Assembly (NCBI RefSeq): GCF_000091665.1
Contig: NC_000909.1
Location: forward strand, 122,871 to 154,870
Length of the DNA stretch: 32,000 nt
From: Methanocaldococcus jannaschii DSM 2661
GTDB taxonomy: Archaea > AGJL01 > Methanococci > Methanococcales > Methanocaldococcaceae
Reading direction: 5' to 3'
The number at the start of each line of letters is the position of its first letter. Position 1 is the stretch's first letter. Positions 16,671 to 24,425 of this stretch are shown in pieces. Under the pieces are notes generated by a model. That model made no database searches and was not told where the DNA came from. It was given only the letters and a program-made list of their open reading frames with translations. Both the position numbers and the translations under genes were made by a program.

Positions 16671-16956
16671 AATTATAAAGGAGTTTAAAAAGGATATATC
16701 AACCATTTTAAAAGATAAATTAGACAGAGTTATTTTATTTGGAAGTTATGCAAGAGGAGATTATGATGAAGAGAGCGATGTTGATGTTTTAATTTTAGTT
16801 AAAGAAATGCCTACTCTTAAAGAAAAACAAAAAATTATTAAAATTGCCTCAAGATACTCATTAAAATATGATATTCTAATTAGCCCAATAATTTACAAAA
16901 AAACTATAAAAACGTCTTTTATTGATGAGGTTGAAAATTATGGAGTTGAGGTATAA
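16657..16956 (+). CDS. Minimal nucleotidyltransferase (MNT), antitoxin-like
   Basis: 99 aa. LFGSYARGDYDEESDVDVLIL motif. ATG overlaps the 3' end of the upstream gene by 14 nt. Confidence 0.85.
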   Translation: MEIIEIIKEFKKDISTILKDKLDRVILFGSYARGDYDEESDVDVLILVKEMPTLKEKQKIIKIASRYSLKYDILISPIIYKKTIKTSFIDEVENYGVEV

Positions 16957-17368
16957 AAGAGAGCTTGAAAAATTAATAGAAAAAGCAGAAAAATCATTAG
17001 AAGCATCAGAAAATCTTTATAATAGCGAATTTTATGATTTTGCTGTTTCAAGAATATACTACTCAATGTTTTATTGTGTTAAGGCTTTATTATTAACAAA
17101 AGAAATTAATCCTAAAAAACACAGTGGAGTTTTAAAAATGTTTGCAAAGGAATTTATAAAAACTAATGAGTTAGATGTTGAATTATTTGAATATATAAAT
17201 GAAGCATACAATTATAGGCAAACAGCTGATTATGACGCAACCATTGAAATAAAAAAGGAAGAGGCTGAATATTTACTTCACAAAGGGCATATATTCTTAA
17301 ATAAAACTAAAAAATACTTAATATCAAAAAATATACTAAAGGGAGAGAATGATAATACTAAAAGCTGA
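16922..17368 (+). CDS. HEPN-domain protein (classical HEPN family), partner of the MNT
   Basis: All-helical, about 140 aa, with a conserved-looking YNYRQTADYD block. The likely start is ATG 16940, preceded by GAGGT. Overlaps both the MNT stop and the hemA start. Confidence 0.75.
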   Translation: MMRLKIMELRYKRELEKLIEKAEKSLEASENLYNSEFYDFAVSRIYYSMFYCVKALLLTKEINPKKHSGVLKMFAKEFIKTNELDVELFEYINEAYNYRQTADYDATIEIKKEEAEYLLHKGHIFLNKTKKYLISKNILKGENDNTKS

Positions 17369-18527
17369 TTATAAAAAATACAACGTCTCTGAATTAGAAA
17401 AGCTCAGAATGGATGAAGAAAAATTTTATGAGACATTTGATAATGCCATATTATTACAAACATGCAACAGAGTTGAGATAATCTTTGATGCAGATAGCTT
17501 AGAAGAAATTAAAGGAATCGAAAATATAGATTTAGAAAAATTTGATATTCTATTTGGAGATAAAGCAATAGAACATCTTTTTAGAGTTGCATGTGGTTTA
17601 GAGTCCATGATTGTTGGAGAAGACCAAATACTTGGGCAGTTAAAAAATGCCTATCTAAAAGCAAAAGAAAAAGGCAGAATATCCAAAAAATTGGAGAAAA
17701 TTATTTTAAAGGCAATACATACTGGACAAAGGGCAAGAGTAGAGACAAAGATAAATGAGGGCGGGGTTTCAATTGGCTCTGCGGCAGTTGAATTGGCAGA
17801 AAAAATTTTTGGATTAGAAGGGAAAAATGTCTTATTAATTGGAGCTGGAGAGATGGCAAATTTAGTTATAAAGGCATTGAAGGAAAAAAACATTAAAGCA
17901 ATTATCGTAGCAAATAGGACTTATGAAAAAGCTGAAAAATTAGCTAAAGAACTTGGAGGAATGGCTATAAAGTTTGATAAATTGGAAGAGGCTTTAAGAT
18001 ATGCCGATATAGTTATATCAGCAACAGGGGCTCCACATCCAATTTTAAATAAGGAGAGGTTAAAAAATGCTGGAAAGACAATTATTATAGATATTGCCAA
18101 TCCAAGAGACACAACTGATGACATTAGAGAACTGCCAGATATTTTTTTATTCACAATTGATGATTTAAGATTAGTGGCTGAAGAAAATTTAAAGAAGAGA
18201 AAAGAAGAAATCCCAAAGGTTGAGATGATTATTTGTGAAGAATTAGAGAGGTTAAAAGAATTTCTTGATAAAATGAGATTTGAAACAGCAATAAAAGAAC
18301 TTGGGCAATATATTGAAAATGTGAGAAAGAAGGAGGTTGAAAAAGCAAAAAAGATATTGAAGAATAAAAATAAGCCAGTTGAGGAAGTTTTAGAAGATTT
18401 TTCAAAGGCATTGTGTAAGAGAATAATTTACGATATAATAAAGATATTTGAGAATGTGGAAGATAAAGAAGTTTTTGAGTGTTTAGCCAAAGAATTTAAA
18501 AAACTTGGCAATAAAAATAAAAATTAA
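17349..18527 (+). CDS. hemA: Glutamyl-tRNA reductase
   Basis: 392 aa. LQTCNRVEI (catalytic Cys), ESMIVGEDQILGQLK, and NAD(P) motif LLIGAGEMA. Confidence 0.9.
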   Translation: MIILKADYKKYNVSELEKLRMDEEKFYETFDNAILLQTCNRVEIIFDADSLEEIKGIENIDLEKFDILFGDKAIEHLFRVACGLESMIVGEDQILGQLKNAYLKAKEKGRISKKLEKIILKAIHTGQRARVETKINEGGVSIGSAAVELAEKIFGLEGKNVLLIGAGEMANLVIKALKEKNIKAIIVANRTYEKAEKLAKELGGMAIKFDKLEEALRYADIVISATGAPHPILNKERLKNAGKTIIIDIANPRDTTDDIRELPDIFLFTIDDLRLVAEENLKKRKEEIPKVEMIICEELERLKEFLDKMRFETAIKELGQYIENVRKKEVEKAKKILKNKNKPVEEVLEDFSKALCKRIIYDIIKIFENVEDKEVFECLAKEFKKLGNKNKN

Positions 18528-19300
18528 ATATTCTCTTTATTTAACTCTTTTATCCATTCAACATTACCTTTTAAAATAGTCCTTGCAACAGATACAAAAT
18601 CAGAGTATTTTAACATTTCCTTAGCTTTTTCTATTGAATCAATTGAGTTATTTCCAATTATTATCTTATCGTTAAATTCTTCTGCCAAAATTTTTAATGA
18701 ATCCATATCTGCATAAGGTTTTCCTGGATAAAAGCAATCAACATGTAATCCATCAAAATAATCTCTCACATAGTTTAAATTATCTATTAGCTCTTTTAGT
18801 GGGATGCAATTTAATCTTATCTTTAAAAAAATTGGTTTATTTAACTCTTTCATTTTAGTTAAAAATTCTTTTAAAAGATTTTTATTTTTCATTAGCTCTT
18901 GCCCTATACCTAAAGAAGTTATCTCTGGCTGTCTGCAATGGCAGTTAAGTTCAATGATATCAGCATGTTTGGCAATAGTCAATAGTTTGTCATAAGCTTC
19001 ATCTATATCAACAAATCTAACATTAACTGAAACTAAGGCATTACTTTCTCTTGCCTTTTTTATTTGCTCAATTATATAGCTATTAAATTCTTCTAAATTT
19101 ATAGAAAATTCTTTCCTTCCCCTTTTCTCTATATCTCTACTTGCTTTATAGGTTGCAGAATCTAAGTTGTAGCCACCAATGGTAACAATGGCAAACAAAT
19201 CCTTAAATTTTCTGCAGAAATCCCCATCCGTAATGCCTGCCATTGGTGCTAAGACAACTTTTTTATCTAATTTATTTAATTCTTCTATTTTTTTGTTCAT
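18524..19300 (-). CDS. Dus/NifR3-like TIM-barrel protein (function uncertain)
   Basis: 258 aa. The N-terminal VVLAPMAGITDGDFCRKF resembles the dihydrouridine synthase LAPMAGxTD block. Its stop overlaps the hemA stop in convergent orientation (TTAA). Confidence 0.5.
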   Translation of the reverse strand: MNKKIEELNKLDKKVVLAPMAGITDGDFCRKFKDLFAIVTIGGYNLDSATYKASRDIEKRGRKEFSINLEEFNSYIIEQIKKARESNALVSVNVRFVDIDEAYDKLLTIAKHADIIELNCHCRQPEITSLGIGQELMKNKNLLKEFLTKMKELNKPIFLKIRLNCIPLKELIDNLNYVRDYFDGLHVDCFYPGKPYADMDSLKILAEEFNDKIIIGNNSIDSIEKAKEMLKYSDFVSVARTILKGNVEWIKELNKENI

Positions 19301-19312
19301 CTATAAAATCAC

Positions 19313-20119
19313 CTAAAACTGTGGATGGTATATTTTTCCCATACCCATTTTTGATTCTAAGAAGTCATCCTGCTTTAAAGTGCATACATTCTTATCAACT
19401 AACTTTCCTCTAATTTTTTCTAAACCAATATCTGCTAAGTTTGAGGCATCTTCAGCAGTTCTTCCTATTCCAATTCCTGCTTTTAGCTCAATCTTATACT
19501 TTTTATTGATTCTGTTGAAAATATCTAAGAAATCTTCTTCACTCATTCCGTTTGATGGAGCCATGAAGTTATCTCCACCTATGAAAAACAACAGAGCGTT
19601 ATATTTTAAAAGCTCTTCCATTAAAGCCAATTTAACCTTATTCACATTTAAATAAGTGTCATAGGCACTCACAATGTCAGTAAGAGTCCCAGTAATGTTG
19701 TTTATATCTATATGAGCGATTTGAACATAGCCATCAACAACCAATTCATTGGCAACATCTAAAACTTCCTTTCTATTCTCATCCTGAGCACTTCCATACT
19801 CTTGAAGTGTTTCAGTGGCTAATTTTTGAGCTTCATAAGGTGTTTCAGCTGAAGCAATAACCATACTAACAGTGAAAGGATATCTATTCCTTATACTCTC
19901 CTGAATTCTTTTGTGTGTAATTAAATCAATACCATTTGTTATAGCTATTAAATTATCAAATCTTGTGTAAAACACCAGTCCCTTATGAGCCCCAAACATC
20001 AAATTTAAGTCAGCGTATAATCTGCTCTGCAGAGCTTGTAAATCGCTCTCTCTTCTTGGATTTGGTGTAACTGTCCAAGGTCCGTAATTATCTATCTGAA
20101 TTACTGTTATTTGAATCAT
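19313..20119 (-). CDS. gch3: GTP cyclohydrolase III
   Basis: 268 aa. N-terminus [28 protein letters not shown], recognised from memory as the archaeal GCH III family (MJ0145 type). Confidence 0.8.
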   Translation of the reverse strand: MIQITVIQIDNYGPWTVTPNPRRESDLQALQSRLYADLNLMFGAHKGLVFYTRFDNLIAITNGIDLITHKRIQESIRNRYPFTVSMVIASAETPYEAQKLATETLQEYGSAQDENRKEVLDVANELVVDGYVQIAHIDINNITGTLTDIVSAYDTYLNVNKVKLALMEELLKYNALLFFIGGDNFMAPSNGMSEEDFLDIFNRINKKYKIELKAGIGIGRTAEDASNLADIGLEKIRGKLVDKNVCTLKQDDFLESKMGMGKIYHPQF

Positions 20120-20251
20120 TTTCCCATCTCTTCCACTAATTTATAAAGTATGTAGTATAGTAAATAATTAACTTCAGTATGGTTTTATTTATTATTATCC
20201 ATTAAAAAGTTTATGTAGTAGGTATTAAAAAAATTAATTACTCTTCTATTG

Positions 20252-20349
20252 AATAGAACTTTCGCAGTTTTATACTACTAATTAAGGAACATTGATGCCA
20301 AAAGGCATCTTTGTGCAATAATAAATTTTATTCCTGCGAAAGTTCTATT
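20252..20349. repeat. Long-stem palindromic element; one arm is the last codons of the ferredoxin gene
   Basis: AATAGAACTTTCGCAG (20252-20267) pairs perfectly with CTGCGAAAGTTCTATT (20334-20349). The central hairpin is GATGCC-AAAA-GGCATC (20294-20309). Confidence 0.65.
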
Positions 20350-20537
20350 GATATAGCTTGGTCTGGGCATTGTAATATACAGAGATTGCACTTTGTGCAT
20401 TTTTCAGGATTTACTGGGATTGGTGGGTAGATACCTTTTTTATTCAACTTTTTTGATTTCTCAAATACTCCTCTTGGACATACTACAATACATATATCAC
20501 ATCCCTTACAGAAGTTTTCATTTATTTCTATCTTCAT
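20328..20537 (-). CDS. 2x[4Fe-4S] ferredoxin
   Basis: 69 aa. Motifs CKGCDICIVVCP and CTKCNLCILQCP. Confidence 0.85.
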   Translation of the reverse strand: MKIEINENFCKGCDICIVVCPRGVFEKSKKLNKKGIYPPIPVNPEKCTKCNLCILQCPDQAISIELSQE

Positions 20538-20566
20538 TATTATCCCTCCAAGTAGTTTTTGATGTG

Positions 20567-20620
20567 TTATAACACTCTTTTTATAGCATTCCAGATTAAA
20601 AAACTCTGTGGTTTTAAAAG
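20567..20620 (-). pseudogene. Displaced duplicate of the ATPase 3' coding end (reads ...[17 protein letters not shown])
   Basis: Hand-translated. Aligns with the C-terminus in use, [20 protein letters not shown]. Differences are mostly synonymous, including TCA versus AGT for Ser. Confidence 0.65.
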
Positions 20621-20640
20621 AAACTTTTAGTAAAAGTTGA

Positions 20641-20699
20641 ACAAAAACTCTTCGAGTTTTTGTAGCCCGAAGCTAACGCTTCGGTTTCATCAAAACTCG
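20641..20699. repeat. Nested palindromes: ACAAAAACTC-TTC-GAGTTTTTGT, CCGAAGC-TAAC-GCTTCGG, and an outer CGAGTTTT...AAAACTCG
   Basis: Read directly from the sequence: 10-bp stem at 20641-20663; 7-bp stem at 20667-20684; an 8-bp outer pairing of 20653-20660 with 20692-20699. Confidence 0.6.
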
Positions 20700-20705
20700 T
20701 CCATT

Positions 20706-20802
20706 TAACCAATTATCAAAGTTTTTAATTAAATAAGGCACATATAGAAGCCCTTTGGGCTTCTAAATTCCATAGTAAATAATATCCTTTGATAATTGGT
20801 TA
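20706..20802. repeat. Long-stem palindromic element: 16-bp outer inverted repeat plus a central 8-bp GC hairpin
   Basis: TAACCAATTATCAAAG (20706-20721) pairs with CTTTGATAATTGGTTA (20787-20802). The centre is AGAAGCCC-TTT-GGGCTTCT (20746-20764). The interior resembles 8490-8566 in reverse orientation (shared TGCCTTAT, ATG-AATTT-GAA). Confidence 0.7.
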
Positions 20803-20834
20803 TAAGTTGGGGCTTTCAGCCCCAATTAATGTCC
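20803..20834. repeat. GGGGC-hairpin repeat, an exact inverted copy of 8291-8322; supplies the last two codons and stop of the ATPase gene
   Basis: TAAGTTGGGGCTTTCAGCCCCAATTAATGTCC is identical over 32 nt to the reverse complement of 8291-8322. On the minus strand, GGA CAT TAA gives G H stop. Confidence 0.8.
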
Positions 20835-21941
20835 ATTCAGTAATTTCTTTATAGCATTCCAGATTAAAAATGATTGTGGTTTTAAAATTCCTTCAATAGG
20901 ATTTAGGAATAAAATATTTTTCTTAACTAAATAAATATAAACTGGTTCTGGTATATCATCATCACTAACTTCATAATTTTCTTTAAATAATTTTAACGCA
21001 TTTATAATATCATCCTTTTTAATCTCAATGATTTCATCTTTAAGTTCTACTTTTGGTTTTATATAATCCAACTCCTTTAAAAAATACTTTAGTTTTTGAG
21101 TTTCTTCTTTAAGCATTAAATTTAGAATATCTTCTAACTTCCTATACCTCATCTCATCAATCACACTGTAGATATATACCGGTTTTCCTCCTACATAGTT
21201 ATAGATTAACTCTTTATCTTCATCAGAGAGTTTTTTATTTAAAATCTCTTTAGCCAAGAAATCCATAAATTTTAAAGCTGTCTCTTTATCAAAGTCATCC
21301 ACTAAGAGGTATTTGGCTCTACCTTCCAACTCTCCAGCACTATAAACATATTCAATAAATAAGCTATCAGAACTTAGACAAAAAACATGGCATAGATGTT
21401 GTTCTTTAGTTAAAGAAACTAAAAACTGAAACAACTCTTTTAACAAGTATTTTTGCCAATTTAAAACTACATCTTTAATCATCTGAAGTTCATCAAGTAT
21501 TAACACTGGCTGTTTTCCACTCTTTTTAACCTCTAATAGTATAGAGTTTAAGTATTGGAAGGCATCATTTATTTTCTCTTCAAATAATTTATCAAACTCT
21601 ACTTCAGGTATTGGAATACCAGTTAAAATCTTAGCCCCTTTTGTTATCAAATTTAAAACTTCTGATTTATCTTTTATTTTTTCAAAGAAATCATCTTTTT
21701 TAGTGGTAAAGATAGCTTCAATAAATTCCCTCTTTTCTGAAATTAAATAAGTCCTAAAATTAATATAAAAAACCTTATAATCATCACTTAGTTTGTTTTC
21801 AATGATGTGTTTTATTAGAGCAGTTTTACCAGAATTTAAAGGGCCGTAGATGAAATAAATTATATTTGGTTCTCCCTCTAAGATTGATAGAATTTCATGA
21901 ATTTCTTTTTCTCTATTGAAGAATTTCATTTGAATCACCAT
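20826..21941 (-). CDS. Archaeal ATPase family protein (P-loop NTPase, Arch_ATPase/DUF234-type)
   Basis: Walker [12 protein letters not shown] and Walker B LILDELQ. The likely start is ATG 21929 ([10 protein letters not shown]), with GGTGA 5 nt upstream. Confidence 0.75.
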   Translation of the reverse strand: MVIQMKFFNREKEIHEILSILEGEPNIIYFIYGPLNSGKTALIKHIIENKLSDDYKVFYINFRTYLISEKREFIEAIFTTKKDDFFEKIKDKSEVLNLITKGAKILTGIPIPEVEFDKLFEEKINDAFQYLNSILLEVKKSGKQPVLILDELQMIKDVVLNWQKYLLKELFQFLVSLTKEQHLCHVFCLSSDSLFIEYVYSAGELEGRAKYLLVDDFDKETALKFMDFLAKEILNKKLSDEDKELIYNYVGGKPVYIYSVIDEMRYRKLEDILNLMLKEETQKLKYFLKELDYIKPKVELKDEIIEIKKDDIINALKLFKENYEVSDDDIPEPVYIYLVKKNILFLNPIEGILKPQSFLIWNAIKKLLNGH

Positions 21942-21947
21942 TTCAAT

Positions 21948-22958
21948 TTACTTCTTCCTCTTCCACATCCTTGGATAAGTCCCTCTATCCATATAAACTC
22001 TCTCAACATCAACAGCAACTCCTTTATCTGCATTTAAAATCTCTTTTGTGTTCATTAAAGCCTTTCCTACAGCTACAGCTTCCCCTTTCAAAGTCTCAAC
22101 TAAGACAGTCTCTCCTTTACCAATGCCTTTACTCAACTTAGCTATTCCTCTAACATAGACATCTGCTCCATGGCAGATAGCATCAACAGCACTATCCTTA
22201 ACAACAACCTTCTTCAAATGCCTTAACCCATACTCCATTGGCTTTATAACTCTCCTTAACTCTTCTTCATCCCCATCCTCCTTCCAAAATACATAAGCAT
22301 CAAGCAAATCTTGTAAATAAACAGCATCCTTCTCCTCAAAACATCCACTTTTAGTCCTTCTTAGCTCTTGCATGTGGGCAGATGTTCCTAACGCTTCCCC
22401 AATATCTTCACACAATTTCCTTATATAAGTCCCAGATTGACATTTAACCCTAAATAAAACATCCTTACCATCTTTGTCTAATAACTCTAATTCATGAATC
22501 TTCCTAATTCTCAATCTTCTTTTAACAGCTGCTTTTAATGGAGGTCTCTGATAAATCCTTCCAGTAAATTCTTTAAAAACTCTCAATATATCTTCTTCAG
22601 ACGCATCTCTATGTAGATGCATCAAACAAACATACTCCTTAGGTGGAATGTGCCACATTGGTATTGTTTTTGTAGCTCTCTCTAAAGCCACTGGCAAAAC
22701 ACCAGTAACCTTTGGGTCTAATGTCCCACCATGTCCAGCTTTATCTAAATTTAAAATCTTTTTAACCCATGTTGAAACCTCATGAGACGTTGGACCTCTT
22801 GGTTTATCAACTACAACAACACCGTACTTTATCAAATCCTCTATCTTTCTTTCATAAGGGTTGCAGCCATAATCCCAATTTGTTTCAACCTCTTCCTTAA
22901 CTATAAGCTCCTCTTTGTCATTTATCTTTTTTTCCTGTGTTTTTTCCAATAAAATCAC
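21948..22958 (-). CDS. truB: tRNA/rRNA pseudouridine synthase Cbf5 (TruB family) with a C-terminal PUA domain
   Basis: 336 aa. VVVDKPRGPTSHEV and GHGGTLDPKVTG (catalytic Asp) motifs. GTG start. Confidence 0.9.
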   Translation of the reverse strand: MILLEKTQEKKINDKEELIVKEEVETNWDYGCNPYERKIEDLIKYGVVVVDKPRGPTSHEVSTWVKKILNLDKAGHGGTLDPKVTGVLPVALERATKTIPMWHIPPKEYVCLMHLHRDASEEDILRVFKEFTGRIYQRPPLKAAVKRRLRIRKIHELELLDKDGKDVLFRVKCQSGTYIRKLCEDIGEALGTSAHMQELRRTKSGCFEEKDAVYLQDLLDAYVFWKEDGDEEELRRVIKPMEYGLRHLKKVVVKDSAVDAICHGADVYVRGIAKLSKGIGKGETVLVETLKGEAVAVGKALMNTKEILNADKGVAVDVERVYMDRGTYPRMWKRKK

Positions 22959-23131
22959 CTTTTTTCATAATCTTTAATCATTTTAAATAACCTTCCAAAT
23001 GCACAAAAAATGCCTAATAACAAAAATACAACTATCCATAAATTGTTATCTGTGTATTCTGCTATGATATAACCAATAAAAATACCCAAGGCAATCATTA
23101 TAAAAAATTCAAATGCGATATCTCTAAGCAT
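22955..23131 (-). CDS. Small two-TM protein, 58 aa (MLRDIAFEFFIMIALGIFIGYIIAEYTDNNLWIVVFLLLGIFCAFGRLFKMIKDYEKR)
   Basis: Hand-translated. Two hydrophobic helices. Its stop TGA overlaps the cbf5 GTG start (GTGA), suggesting translational coupling. Below the ORF-track cut-off. Confidence 0.45.
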   Translation of the reverse strand: MLRDIAFEFFIMIALGIFIGYIIAEYTDNNLWIVVFLLLGIFCAFGRLFKMIKDYEKR

Positions 23132-23196
23132 GGTATCAGAATAAACAAGCTTTATTAATGAATAATCCTACATTTGTTATATAAATCTTTGACTGT

Positions 23197-23718
23197 ATGG
23201 GGGATGTTAAAATGGATAAAGAGCTTTTACATAAAAAAATTAAAAAAGATATTGAGGATTTAATAAACAACCATCCTCCAGAAAGAACGTTAGGGAATTT
23301 AATACCCTTATCTATATTTCAAGCAGTAAGAATAGGAGTTTTAACTGCTGGATGTGGCATTGAAGCAATAATTTACAATATTGGAAAAGATATTGGTAGA
23401 GAAGTAATTTCAAGATACGTCGATAGGGACAATTTACTCGAAAGCTTTGCAGAAATATTAAAGAAGGCAAAAATTGGCATTTTAGAAGTAAAAAAAGTTG
23501 AAGAAAATGAGATGATTCTAATTTTAAAAGACTGCATATCTTGCCATAATGTTCCAAATGTTGGAACTACCCTCTGTCATTTTGAGGCTGGACTAATAGC
23601 TGGAACTTTGGAAAAAAAGCTAAGAAGAAAAGTCAATGCTGTTGAAACAAAATGTTGTGGAAAGGGTGATGAGTACTGCGAATTTTTAGTAAAAATTGAA
23701 GATAAATTGTATTGGTGA
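23197..23718 (+). CDS. V4R (4-vinyl reductase) domain protein
   Basis: The C-terminal part has a Cys-rich block (CISCH...CHFEAGLIAG...CCGKGDEYCEF) typical of V4R small-molecule-binding domains. The likely start is ATG 23212, preceded by GGGGGAT. Confidence 0.6.
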   Translation: MGDVKMDKELLHKKIKKDIEDLINNHPPERTLGNLIPLSIFQAVRIGVLTAGCGIEAIIYNIGKDIGREVISRYVDRDNLLESFAEILKKAKIGILEVKKVEENEMILILKDCISCHNVPNVGTTLCHFEAGLIAGTLEKKLRRKVNAVETKCCGKGDEYCEFLVKIEDKLYW

Positions 23719-23722
23719 TTAA

Positions 23723-24169
23723 ATGCTTGATAGAATTGATTTAAAAATTCTAAGAATTTTAAATGGAAATGCCAGAAAATCATTTAGAGAAATTGGGAGA
23801 GAATTGGGTATTAGTGAGGGGACTGTAAGGAATAGAGTAAAAAGATTAACTGAAAAAGGAATCATAACAGGTTTTCATGCATCTATAAATCCAAAAAATT
23901 TGGGATTTGAAGTAGTTGCCATATTAGGTTTATATATTAAACCATCTAAGGTTGAAGAAACCCTCAATAAATTAAAAGAGCTTGATGAAATAGTTGAACT
24001 CTATCAAACTACTGGAGAATATGATGCCGTTTGTATAGCAATTTTAAAGGATATAGAAAGCTTAGGAAAATTTTTAGCAGAGAAGATATATCCATTAGTT
24101 AATGTTAATGGATGTAAAGTAACTCTTGTTTTGAGAACATTTAAAGATGGTAGTAAGATGCCAATATAA
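23723..24169 (+). CDS. Lrp/AsnC-family transcriptional regulator (likely the protein studied as Ptr1)
   Basis: 148 aa. DRIDLKILRILNGNARKSFREIGRELGISEGTVRNRVKRL HTH plus a C-terminal RAM domain. GGTGA SD upstream. Confidence 0.88.
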   Translation: MLDRIDLKILRILNGNARKSFREIGRELGISEGTVRNRVKRLTEKGIITGFHASINPKNLGFEVVAILGLYIKPSKVEETLNKLKELDEIVELYQTTGEYDAVCIAILKDIESLGKFLAEKIYPLVNVNGCKVTLVLRTFKDGSKMPI

Positions 24170-24368
24170 AATTTTATTACTAAATAATAAACAAAAAAAT
24201 CAGATATTACTAAAAAAATCAAATAGAAACATTTAAAAAAGCCCTATTTTTTATTTTGCAAGTCATAGAAATTTTTAATTAATGCTTAGGTTTGTGCTAT
24301 TTTTACCATGGATATTAAAATCTTTAATAAGTTATTTGTATTAAATTTTTCGCAATGCGTAACCACTA

Positions 24369-24375
24369 TTATATA
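24369..24375 (+). promoter_or_regulatory. Candidate TATA box (TTATATA) for the long ACS gene
   Basis: An AT-rich box about 80 nt upstream of the SD-preceded ATG 24453. Based on position and motif only. Confidence 0.3.
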
Positions 24376-24425
24376 GTAATGCATAAACTTAAAATTAGAC
24401 TACTGTATATGGTAAATTCGAATAT

